From the NCBI GenBank assembly GCA_965224025.1, contig OZ245033.1, positions 2,880,001 to 2,944,000 of the forward strand: a stretch of 64,000 nucleotides of DNA. The letters run 5' to 3'. Numbering within the stretch: the first letter of the stretch is position 1; each line of letters starts with the position of its first letter. Of this stretch, positions 31,310-40,247 are shown one piece after another. The position numbers and the translations under genes are program-made. The stretch is from Candidatus Multivorans sp. Its GTDB lineage: Bacteria; Acidobacteriota; Thermoanaerobaculia; Multivoradales; Multivoraceae. Under the pieces are notes generated by a model, which worked only from the letters and a program-made list of their open reading frames with translations, did not search any database and was not told the DNA's origin.

Positions 31310-33334
31310 TCAGGCGGTAACCTCATGAAGTTGTTCGACGATCCGGAAGCGAAGCTTCGCCCGAGGTTTCATGTTCGGGATGGGATTGAACTGAAGCCTG
31401 TAGTCCTTGGGAACGACTTCAAATGTGAAGTGGCGAGCGATCATCAGGAGGTTGATCGCCAGTTGCAGCTCCATCTGCAGAAAACCAAGGCACCTATGAG
31501 TACCCAGGCCGTAGGGTGCGTAACCGGCGGTGCGGTGCTCCGCGCGGTCGGGCAGGTAGCGGTCCACGTCGAAGGACAGGGGATTGGGGAAGACCTCCTC
31601 CATGTAGTGCGGCGCGGTCGAAGCGATGAACAGCCGTGCGCCGACCGGAATCTCGTAGCCGTCGATCACGCAGGCGTTCATCACGTTCCGAATGGCCATG
31701 GGGACGACCGGGTACATCCGGAGGGTCTCCATGAGGAACCGGTGGGTGATGTCGATTGTGGAGGGGTTGATGGCCTCGCCGTTCGGGTCGCCGTTCTCGA
31801 AGAGGGCGTCGGCTTCAGCACGGATCTGCTCCCGCAGCTCCGGCTGGGTCGTCATGGCGTAGAGCGCGAAGCTGAGGGCGTCGCCCAGGTAGACGCTGGC
31901 GACCAGCGCCGCGGAGAGCTGGAAGCGAAGCGTGGTCTCCGGCACGAACTGCGGGTCACTCGCATGGAGCCCGAGCCAGTCGTCCGCCAGGTCGCGGGGC
32001 TGGTCGACCCGCTGGGCCGGGGTATGGGAAGTCTGGATGCGTCTCAGTAGCGTGTCGACGGTCCTGGCCTTGCGCTTCATCCCGGGCGTGTTCATCATCA
32101 TCTTGGGGAGGGCTTGCGCGATATGAACGGCGAGGGCGCGCTCCTTGTAGGCGACCAAGTCCTGAATGAGGTCCTGCGACTCCACTCCGATGGTGAGCGG
32201 GGAGAGCTGCGTGTTGACCAGGAGACGGCAGGACCGGGCCGGTATGAGATCGCCCACCTCCCAGTTCGCAAGGTACGTTCGAAGATAGGCATACAGTCGA
32301 TCGAGTTGTCCGGCGAGCCTGCCGCGGGAGTATCCGGGCGACATGGCCTTGCGGAGTCGAAAATGATCCGCGCCGTCCAGGGAAGGCATGACGCCGGACG
32401 CGCCGTAGACTTTCTCGAAGTCGTTGAAGTAGTCCTTCGTTCTCAGGTACATGCGCCCGCGCTTGTTGACCCATTGATTCACGTCGGTCCCCGCCATGCA
32501 GATCATGCGCTCCCCGATGGGTGGGCGGAGTTCGAATACAGGCCCGAACTCTTGCGCCAGACTCGCGAAGAGTGCCGGAACATTGCCGTCGCGGGCATGT
32601 TCGTTGAACGGCAACCTCCGGAATGGAACGGTCGGAATCTTCTTCGTGAGAGCCGAGTGCCGTCGGATCGGCTCCGCGATGTTCTGGGCCACTGCCTCGG
32701 CGATGGAACGCCCGATCAGGTCCATCTTGCAGACCAGTTCGATCCGTTCCTCCGCCTCTTCGTCGATCTGGAAGATGAAGCGCGGAACGTCGCAGGCGTT
32801 GACGATGCAGAGAACGATGATGTCTCGCGGATCCGGGATGTCGTCGTTGAAGATGACGTTGGCGATTCGGTCCCGAATGAACTGGCTCGCCGTGCCTTCG
32901 CCGGATTGGCCGTGCGCGTCCGCCTGCCAGCCGCTTCGCGGAAGGGTCCAGAAGTCGCCGTCGTGGTGCTGGAGGATCTTCCGCTCCACCAGGCGGTCGA
33001 GGGTGAGATCGACGACGGCCTCGGCCTGTGGCGCGAGCCGTTCGATCCAGTAGCGGGCTGTCCGCTGGGTCTGCGCCTCGGCCAGCTCCTTGAGAATCGG
33101 ATCGAGAGCCGGGTCTCCCGTTTCCGTCGCGTCCATGAGATAGAGAGCTTCCGGGTCCGTATCGATGCGCGACTGAAGGGAGAGTTCGGCAAGGACCGCC
33201 CCGGCAACGGCGCAGTGCAGGTGCCAGCCGGGGACCTGATGGAAGTAGCCGTTCTCCTCGTTGAGGAGCATCAGAATCAACTCGTCCGTGAGAGTCAGTC
33301 CCTGGCTCGCGGGAATTGCGGAGGTGGTAGTCAT
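31310..33334 (-). CDS. GPP34 (GOLPH3-like) domain fused to cytochrome P450
   Basis: N-terminus LTLTDELILMLL...AGAVLAELSLQSRI...TGDPALD; C-terminus ETLRMYP and PYGLGTHRCLG heme motif. Confidence 0.85.
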   Translation of the reverse strand: MTTTSAIPASQGLTLTDELILMLLNEENGYFHQVPGWHLHCAVAGAVLAELSLQSRIDTDPEALYLMDATETGDPALDPILKELAEAQTQRTARYWIERLAPQAEAVVDLTLDRLVERKILQHHDGDFWTLPRSGWQADAHGQSGEGTASQFIRDRIANVIFNDDIPDPRDIIVLCIVNACDVPRFIFQIDEEAEERIELVCKMDLIGRSIAEAVAQNIAEPIRRHSALTKKIPTVPFRRLPFNEHARDGNVPALFASLAQEFGPVFELRPPIGERMICMAGTDVNQWVNKRGRMYLRTKDYFNDFEKVYGASGVMPSLDGADHFRLRKAMSPGYSRGRLAGQLDRLYAYLRTYLANWEVGDLIPARSCRLLVNTQLSPLTIGVESQDLIQDLVAYKERALAVHIAQALPKMMMNTPGMKRKARTVDTLLRRIQTSHTPAQRVDQPRDLADDWLGLHASDPQFVPETTLRFQLSAALVASVYLGDALSFALYAMTTQPELREQIRAEADALFENGDPNGEAINPSTIDITHRFLMETLRMYPVVPMAIRNVMNACVIDGYEIPVGARLFIASTAPHYMEEVFPNPLSFDVDRYLPDRAEHRTAGYAPYGLGTHRCLGFLQMELQLAINLLMIARHFTFEVVPKDYRLQFNPIPNMKPRAKLRFRIVEQLHEVTA

Positions 33335-33384
33335 TTGGTGGCCTTGTTCGGGAGGGTCGGAACCAGTCCGGGTCGTCGCGCTGC

Positions 33385-34224
33385 CTATGCTGCCTCAAGG
33401 GCGGGACCGCGGGCCCGGCGCCGAGAGGTCAATCGAACGTGAATCGTATACAGGGACGGTACGAGTAGCATCAGAAGAGAGGTCGTGATGGCGATGCCGA
33501 AGCCCAGCGAAGCGGCGAACGGGACGAGGAACTGTGCATGGACGGCGTCTTCCAGAATGAGTGGCGTGAAGCCGAGGAAGGTGGTGAGCGAAGTGAGCAT
33601 GATCGGTCGGAAACGCCCCTTCGCGCCTTCGATGATCGCGGTCCGGGCTGAGGAGCCCTGTCCGAGTTTCTGGTCGATGAAATCGATCATGACGGTGGGA
33701 AGCGCTGTGAACTCGTCCTTGATCTGGTACGCCAGTTCCTTCAGGGAGCGCTCGGACACGGCGCCATGGACGATCAGGCGCATCATGCTCTGGCGGTTGG
33801 TCATCTCCCGGATTTGGGGACGGTCTGCTTCGGCCGGGAAGGACTGGATCCGGTCAACCGCGGACTCGATGTCGTCCAGCGCCTTGGCCATATCCGTTCC
33901 CGAACTCACTTCAACTCGAACCGAGGCCATTCCGGGAGCGGCCACGGACTTGACCGCCTTGACGTCGTCCAAGCCACTGACCTCGTCCTCGATCCTGAGG
34001 ACGATGGACTCCTCGACCTCCTCCGGTGTGGCACCGGGATAGGCCATCGAGACCTCGATCTGGAAGAAGGGCACCGTGGGCCAAGCCTCGCGCTCGATCC
34101 CGGTAAACGAGACGAGGCCTGCAGCGATGATCGCCAACATCAACAGGTTGGCCGCAACACCGTTGCTCGCCATGTAGGCAATTGGTCCAGGCCGTTCGCC
34201 GTGGCTGCTGTCGTTGGAAGTCAC
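33385..34224 (-). pseudogene. RND efflux permease with an in-frame internal deletion
   Basis: N-terminus YPGATPEEVEESI joined at TALPTV|MIDFI to C-terminal RFRPIMLTSLTTFLG; 279 aa versus about 1000 typical. Confidence 0.88.
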
Positions 34225-36245
34225 TTGTGTGCCACAACTTTACCGCGATGGCCGCGGCTCGGCCCTCGGCACTGGAACCGCACCCGCAGGCCGCCGTTGA
34301 TCACGCGCCCGTGCAGGGGCGCCCAGGCATCGACGGTCCAGCGTCCGTCGGGTGCGCGGTCCGGGCGCAGCGACGAGTGCCACCGGTGCTGCCGCACGTC
34401 GGTGAGGTTCTCCAGGTTGACGAAGAGGCGGACCGGTCCGAACCGGCGTTCCAGCAGGACGCCGACCACCGTGTACGGCTCGCTGGTGTTGCGATAGGGG
34501 TTCGCCTCGAGCCGCTGCTCTCCCGTGTAGTACACCTCAAGGCCGATCCGGCCGTCCTCGTTCTCGGCCATGGCGACGGCGCCGAGGCTGTGGCGCGGGG
34601 TCTGCGGCACGTCGAAGGTCGCGTCGCCGACCCGCTCGCGTGAGCGAACGTGGGTGTAGGTGGCGGTGACGGCGAACGGCGGCCGGCGGTACGTCCCGAG
34701 CAGCTCCACGCCGACGTTCCTGGTGGGATGGTCGAGGTTGCGCAGCACGAACGTCTCGCGGTCGACGTGCAGCGGGTCGGCGATGCGTGATGTGAACAGA
34801 GTCGTGGTGAAGGCGAGCGGACCGTGGGTACGGGTGAGGTCGATCGAGGCGCTGCGGCCTCGTTCCGCCCGCAGCGGGCCGTTCACCATGAGCCGGGTCA
34901 GGCCGGCCGCCTCGGCCTCTTCCGTGAGCGGCGTCGGCCCGAAGAACCCGGTCCCGGCCGACATGCGCGTCGACCAGTCGCCGAACCGCAGGAGCACCGA
35001 GACGCGGGGGCTGAAGAACCAGCCGTACTCGCTGTGGCGGTCCGCACGGCCGCTGATCGACAGTGCCAGCCGCTCGTTCACGTCGATGTCGTCCTGGACG
35101 AACAGGCCCGGCGTCGTGAAGGAGTAACCGAAGCCGGGAACGTCCCTCGGTTCGTAGGTGTCGTGCTCGACCGCGGCGCCTGCGACCCAGGTATGCCGCC
35201 CCGCCGCTCGGCGCACCGTGACTTCCGCGAAACCTGTTTCATGGCGGTCGCGTTCCAGGGTCGTTCCGAACCGGTGTTCGTGCCGATTCCGCGCGATGGC
35301 GGCGCGTCCGTTGATGACGGAACCTCCGGCCACGGTCTGCCACAGCGCTCCGAAGTCGCGGCGGCGGGTGTCGAGGGCCTCGCGGTAGGGCGAACCGGTC
35401 GCAGTGAGCGTGTGGCCCGGCTCCGTGCCGCCGCGGCGGCTCTCGCGGGTCGCACCGGCTGTGAGCAGGAGCGACCGCCCCTGTCCGTCGTCCCAGAACA
35501 CCCGCGGCCGAACGACGCCGCGGGCGTAGCGGGCCATGTCCGCCCAGCCGTCGCCGTCGATGTCCGTGAGGCTCTGCCAGTGTCCGCCGCCGACGAGGGT
35601 CATCCCCCAGTTGCCGGACAGCGGGGTGGAAAGCCACAGCACACTGTCCGTGCCGTCCCGCGTCGACTGGTTGAGCAGGACCTCCCGCTCAGCCTCGTCG
35701 CCGGGCCGCCGCGACAGCAGGTTGACCACGCCGCCCATCGCGCCGGCGCCGTGCAGGGCGGACGCGACGCCCTTGATGACCTCGACCTGCCCCAGGTCCA
35801 TCGGCGGAATCTGGAGCAGTCCGAGGCCACCGGGCTGAGCGCCGTAGAGCGGCAAGCCGTCCGAGAGGATGCGCGTGTAGCGCCCCCGCATGCCCTGAAT
35901 GCGAACGCTCGCGGCGCCGAGCGAGGGCGACGTCGCCTGCACCCGCATGCCGCCCATCTCGTTGAGCATCATGACGATGTCACCCGGCGTCATGAGCATC
36001 TTCTCTTCGATTTCCTCCCGGTCGAGCACCTCGACCCGCATCGGCTGGTCCTCGATGCGGCGACCCGTGCGGGTGCTGGCGACCACGGTAACCTCTTCCT
36101 CGACGGTCATCTCCGGCTCGGATTCGCCCTGCGTCTGGTCCGTTTCCTGCGCCACGGCGTCAACGGACGGCGCGGCAAGCAGCAGGACGAGTGCGATCAG
36201 CCTCGCCATGGGATTCAACTGCGGGGTCAAAGGCTGACCTGGCAC
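34221..36245 (-). CDS. TonB-dependent receptor
   Basis: VTVVASTR, plug IRIQG-type segment (VRIQGMRG), QVEVIKG...GGVVNL, NLENLTD; the final residues run past the expected terminal F. Confidence 0.88.
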   Translation of the reverse strand: MPGQPLTPQLNPMARLIALVLLLAAPSVDAVAQETDQTQGESEPEMTVEEEVTVVASTRTGRRIEDQPMRVEVLDREEIEEKMLMTPGDIVMMLNEMGGMRVQATSPSLGAASVRIQGMRGRYTRILSDGLPLYGAQPGGLGLLQIPPMDLGQVEVIKGVASALHGAGAMGGVVNLLSRRPGDEAEREVLLNQSTRDGTDSVLWLSTPLSGNWGMTLVGGGHWQSLTDIDGDGWADMARYARGVVRPRVFWDDGQGRSLLLTAGATRESRRGGTEPGHTLTATGSPYREALDTRRRDFGALWQTVAGGSVINGRAAIARNRHEHRFGTTLERDRHETGFAEVTVRRAAGRHTWVAGAAVEHDTYEPRDVPGFGYSFTTPGLFVQDDIDVNERLALSISGRADRHSEYGWFFSPRVSVLLRFGDWSTRMSAGTGFFGPTPLTEEAEAAGLTRLMVNGPLRAERGRSASIDLTRTHGPLAFTTTLFTSRIADPLHVDRETFVLRNLDHPTRNVGVELLGTYRRPPFAVTATYTHVRSRERVGDATFDVPQTPRHSLGAVAMAENEDGRIGLEVYYTGEQRLEANPYRNTSEPYTVVGVLLERRFGPVRLFVNLENLTDVRQHRWHSSLRPDRAPDGRWTVDAWAPLHGRVINGGLRVRFQCRGPSRGHRGKVVAHK

Positions 36246-36257
36246 GGCGAGGCGCCC

Positions 36258-37232
36258 CTAGGCGAGCGCGGCCCTCCAGAACTCCATCATGTCCTCGTGG
36301 AACGCCTGTGCCTGGTCGCCGGCGGTGCCGATCCGCGCACCCCTGCGGCCGTAGGGCGACTTGACCTGGTAGATCATCGCGTCGCGTTCCGTGAAGCCCG
36401 GATCGGCCTTGCCGGTCACCGGATGAACGAGAGCGCCGTCGTCGCGGATGTAAATCGTCGGAGCGCCCGGGCTGACCGATGCGTCGGGGACGAGCTCGAC
36501 CGGCGTGTCGCGGTCGAAGCTGTGGTGCGTGTCCGGGAAGAGCCGGAAGCTCGCGTCGCATCCGCACAGCGTCATCGCGTGCATGTGGGCCTGGACCTGG
36601 AGCGGCAAGCACCATTCGTCCAGGTCGCCGATGACCGAGCGCACGACGGTGCGGCCGACATCGGGCCGCAGGAACTGCATGCCGGACCACGGGTACGCGG
36701 CGTAGATGGCGGCGAGCCCGGGCGCCCTCTCCGGGCCCACAATCGGCGTCAGGCAGGCCGCGGACAGGACCGCCGACCCGCCGCGGCTATGGCCTTGAGC
36801 GCCGATGCGCGCGGCGTCGATGTCCGCGTGTTCGACCAGGACCGTAGCGGTCGCGAGCACGTCCCAGGCGCTCGCCGCGAACGAGTACTGCGCCTGGTTG
36901 GCGACGGTCGAGGTGACGCCACGCGTGCCGAACGGGTCGATCACGCAGCAGGCGATCCCGGCCTCCGTGAGCAGGTCCGCCTTGGCGACGTGTGACGGCG
37001 CGACGCCGAGGCTTCCCGGCACGACGATCACGACGGGCCACGGCCCCGGTCCCGGCGGCAGGAACAGGCTGCCGAGGATCTCCGTTTCCGGCATGGCATC
37101 GGGCTCGGAGATTGCCTGGTGGAAGCCGGCTGGATCGGCGGTGTGGATGCGGAGCACTTCGCCCGCGATGCCGTTCTCGAGAACGACCGGCCCGTCCGTC
37201 AGGCTGACCGTCGCACTGCTGTTTGTTGGCAC
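36258..37232 (-). CDS. Dienelactone hydrolase-like alpha/beta hydrolase
   Basis: RIGAQGHSRGG, GDLDEW, HHSFD. Confidence 0.82.
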   Translation of the reverse strand: MPTNSSATVSLTDGPVVLENGIAGEVLRIHTADPAGFHQAISEPDAMPETEILGSLFLPPGPGPWPVVIVVPGSLGVAPSHVAKADLLTEAGIACCVIDPFGTRGVTSTVANQAQYSFAASAWDVLATATVLVEHADIDAARIGAQGHSRGGSAVLSAACLTPIVGPERAPGLAAIYAAYPWSGMQFLRPDVGRTVVRSVIGDLDEWCLPLQVQAHMHAMTLCGCDASFRLFPDTHHSFDRDTPVELVPDASVSPGAPTIYIRDDGALVHPVTGKADPGFTERDAMIYQVKSPYGRRGARIGTAGDQAQAFHEDMMEFWRAALA

Positions 37233-37388
37233 TTGGCTACCTCCCTTGCGGTCCAGGCGGCCTGGGCCGCCAGCTTACGCTCTTGCATGGAACAAGAGCT
37301 TCACCGGGCCGGTCAGGGCATCGCGCTTAGGGCCCGCGGCGGCCCCGTAACCGCGTAGAGCGCCTCGCTCGCTGCGACGCCGTATCTC

Positions 37389-37548
37389 TGGGTGCGCGGG
37401 TCATCTGACCCGCTGCCGCCGAAGGCGGCCAGAAACACGCGCCGGCCGAAGGACGGCTCCGCGCCGACGAGAGCCCACGTTTGCCGAGGACTGCGCACGC
37501 CGCTCCGCGGCGGCGCCAGGAAGCGGGCCAGAAGGCCCGCTCACCCAG
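37389..37548. repeat. Inverted REP-like pair (REPIN-like)
   Basis: CTGGGTGCGCGGGTCATCTGACCCGCT ... AGCGGGCCAGAAGGCCCGCTCACCCAG. Confidence 0.7.
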
Positions 37549-37549
37549 A

Positions 37550-38210
37550 GAGTAGGCGATTGCGGTCCCGCCCTGGATGTGCATCGAGCCGCCGTGCGCC
37601 GAGGGCCAGGCGTAGCGGCGGTAGAGGCCCTGGCCGCGCCAGTGGAGTCCGCCGGCGACGCCGTAGAGCTGCCGCACGACGAAGCAGATGTAAGGCGTCC
37701 GGGTCAGGTTGAGCGCCGTCACGACGCGGGCGCCCGCCCTCACGATGCCTAGCCGCTCCTGCGCGGGGCCGACGGAGAACCCGGGCTCGTCGGCGAAGTA
37801 GACGAGCGGCAGGTGGAAGGTCTCGCGGAGCTCCAGCAGCCGGAGCATCTTCTCGCCGGCTGCGATGTCCATCGAACCGCCGTTGAAGCGGGGGTCGTTG
37901 CTCATGACCCCGCAGGGTATGCCGTCGACACGTGCAAGCCCCGTCACGCGGGCCCGGCCGTAGTGCGGCCCGATCTCGAAGAAGCTGCCCTCGTCCACCA
38001 CGGCGCCAACGATCTCGTAGGGGTCGTAGGTTCGGCGCCGGTCCTGGGGCACCGCGGACAGCAGCGACTCGGCTCGCCGGTCCGGATCGTCGTCCGGCGT
38101 GACCTCCGGCGGAGCCTCCCAGACGCTGGAGGGCAGGTGCGAGAGGAACCGCCTCACCTGGCCGATCGCGTCGGCCTCGTCCTCGGCCAGGTTCATGACC
38201 ACGCCGTTTC
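37550..38210 (-). pseudogene. Acyl-CoA carboxylase carboxyltransferase fragment
   Basis: RRFLSHLPSS, VDEGSFFEI, TGLARVDG, PLVYFADEPGFSVG; truncated at both ends. Confidence 0.8.
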
Positions 38211-38347
38211 TGACCTGAGTAGAGAAATTGGAGAAACCCGCAGAGATCTCGTGCGAGAAACGCTGCGCAAATCGGCGACCGAAGGGACGGCGTCAACAGG
38301 GTGTTGGCGGTACCAACGGGAATTTCGCGGAATCTGGCGGGACGTTT

Positions 38348-38809
38348 CTAGGCCGTGAGGTGCTGAATGATGACGTCGACGATGTCGTCCACGTAGTCGC
38401 GCCGCAGGCCGAGGAAGGGGCGAGCGGGGATCGTGGCCTCGATGCCGCGGCCGAACAGGTTGTCGTGCTCGTGGCCGAACTGATGGGTGGCGGCATAGAT
38501 GAGGTTGGTGCCGGCGACGGCGGAGGTGCGGTCGTGGTCCGAGTCGATGCTGCGCAGGAGGTCGCGGGTGATTTGGAGGATGGGACCGTCGCGGCCTGCC
38601 TTCTGGCGCCGCTTGAGCGTGGTGTCGGCGAGCGGCGCCCAGGGCGTACCGTCCGGACTTCGCTCGTTGGCGAAGGCGTCTTCGGTGGAGGCGACGAGGA
38701 TCTCGGAGATGCGCGCCATCGCGGGGCTCAGGTCCTGGGAATCGCGGGAGAGACGAGCCAGGCGCTGCCGGATCTCGGTGTCCTCGATGCGAATGTCGAT
38801 CTGGACCAT
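38348..38809 (-). CDS. Phage virion morphogenesis protein (Mu gpG-like)
   Basis: PDGTPWAPL, VAGTNLIYAATHQFG, IPARPFLG. Confidence 0.9.
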   Translation of the reverse strand: MVQIDIRIEDTEIRQRLARLSRDSQDLSPAMARISEILVASTEDAFANERSPDGTPWAPLADTTLKRRQKAGRDGPILQITRDLLRSIDSDHDRTSAVAGTNLIYAATHQFGHEHDNLFGRGIEATIPARPFLGLRRDYVDDIVDVIIQHLTA

Positions 38810-38826
38810 GCTGTTAGAGTCGGAGG

Positions 38827-38929
38827 TGCCAACCGGGGATTCGCGTCTGGGACTCGCACTGCTCCTGCCGCAGAAGTTGCCGGCGGATTCGGGACAGAGG
38901 CAGGCTGCTGTTCCGCACGCCGGTTGGCA
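38827..38929 (-). ncRNA. Candidate structured RNA / hairpin immediately after the MuF stop codon
   Basis: Perfect 10-bp closing stem TGCCAACCGG/CCGGTTGGCA with further imperfect inner pairing; no U-tract. Confidence 0.35.
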
Positions 38930-40246
38930 TCAAGGGCGACGATACAGCAACTCGCCCTGCCTTCGCTTGTAGACCTGGGCGTGACGAGTGGTCGTAAAGA
39001 AGGTCCAGGCGATCCATGCCTGTTTCGGCTCGATGGAAATCACCGCTGTCCTGCCATCGTCGAAAGCACCGAGGAAGTGAGGGCGCAACACCGGTCCCTT
39101 CGCTTCGGTGCCGACCCAGGTGAGCCAGACCTCGTGAGGATTCTGCAGGGCCGGCAGGATGAAGTTGGCGAACTCGGCGCGACTTGGGTGCGGCGCGACG
39201 TGCTCGACGAATGCCTGATCGATCTGGACGTCTTCGAGGCCGGCGGGAGTCTCGACGGTGAGTATTGTGCGACGCAAATAGCCGGGCCTACGGCGGCTCG
39301 GCAAACCCAGGGCGGCGTAGATGTTCGCCATCGCCTCCGCGGACGTGGCCGGTGTGGACAAGCGCACGGCGCTGAGTGGATTCGCCGGCGGCCAACCGTC
39401 GGTCAACCCAAGGTCGCTCGGTCCCCGCTGGCCCGGTGCGACTCGTCTCAGGCCGAGCCAGGGCGCGGCGCTGCCGACGCCTCCAGGTGGCCCTCCAAGC
39501 GACTGAGCAGTCAGCCCCGGCCGGTAGTTCCATCCTGGGTCAGGCGCCATGAGGCCGCGGAAGCTGGTCGTCTCCACCTCGTGGCCGCCGGTGACGGTGT
39601 GATGGACCGGCGCGAAGTCGCTCGGCCGGCTGCGTACCACCTCCAGCCCCATCCTCTGAACATCGCGTGCGCTGAGAGCGCGCACCAGACAGCGGCAGTT
39701 CCAGCCGTTGGGCGGGAAATGGGTGTCCCAGAAGGGGTCGTTGTACCGGAACACCTTGTTGTCCAGGGCTGCGTGGGAGGGCCGGGTGCGGCTGTCGTCC
39801 ATCGCGTCGTACAACCAGAAGGGGCGATCGCCGGCGTTGGACTTCATGGCCTGGTAGCGGGACGCTGCCCTGGCGGTCGCTACATTCGTGCGAAGTATGG
39901 TCTTCAGTCGGTGGCGGCTGCCGAGCTGGACGATCTCGGTTTCGCCGGTGTGGGGGTTGACGCGCTCCTGCTTGCCCCACCAGCCCTGGTCTACCAGTTT
40001 CGGCGCCAGCTCGCGCTCGAACTGGCGGAACGTCTGTCCGTCGGCGAGAGCCTTGTCGACGGCGCCGCGGATGTCCTTGAGCAGATCCAGCCTCGCCGCC
40101 TTGGCGACGGTGAACGCCCTCGCGTGCTGCTGTTGCCACACCTCGGGCCAGTTCCAGGAGATCGCGTAGCCCTTGGACCGGAAATACTCGATCGCCCGCC
40201 GGGGCGGCAGGCTTACGGCGTGGCCGAGGTTGACCTCCTCGGGCAC
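38930..40246 (-). CDS. Phage minor head protein MuF with C-terminal PBECR-like nuclease extension
   Basis: AFTVAKA, RLKTILRTN, DSRTRPSH, FWDTHFPPNGWNCRC, PDPGWNYRPG; tail ILPALQNPHEVW...WTFF...RRQGELLYRR. Confidence 0.85.
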   Translation of the reverse strand: MPEEVNLGHAVSLPPRRAIEYFRSKGYAISWNWPEVWQQQHARAFTVAKAARLDLLKDIRGAVDKALADGQTFRQFERELAPKLVDQGWWGKQERVNPHTGETEIVQLGSRHRLKTILRTNVATARAASRYQAMKSNAGDRPFWLYDAMDDSRTRPSHAALDNKVFRYNDPFWDTHFPPNGWNCRCLVRALSARDVQRMGLEVVRSRPSDFAPVHHTVTGGHEVETTSFRGLMAPDPGWNYRPGLTAQSLGGPPGGVGSAAPWLGLRRVAPGQRGPSDLGLTDGWPPANPLSAVRLSTPATSAEAMANIYAALGLPSRRRPGYLRRTILTVETPAGLEDVQIDQAFVEHVAPHPSRAEFANFILPALQNPHEVWLTWVGTEAKGPVLRPHFLGAFDDGRTAVISIEPKQAWIAWTFFTTTRHAQVYKRRQGELLYRRP

Positions 40247-40247
40247 G

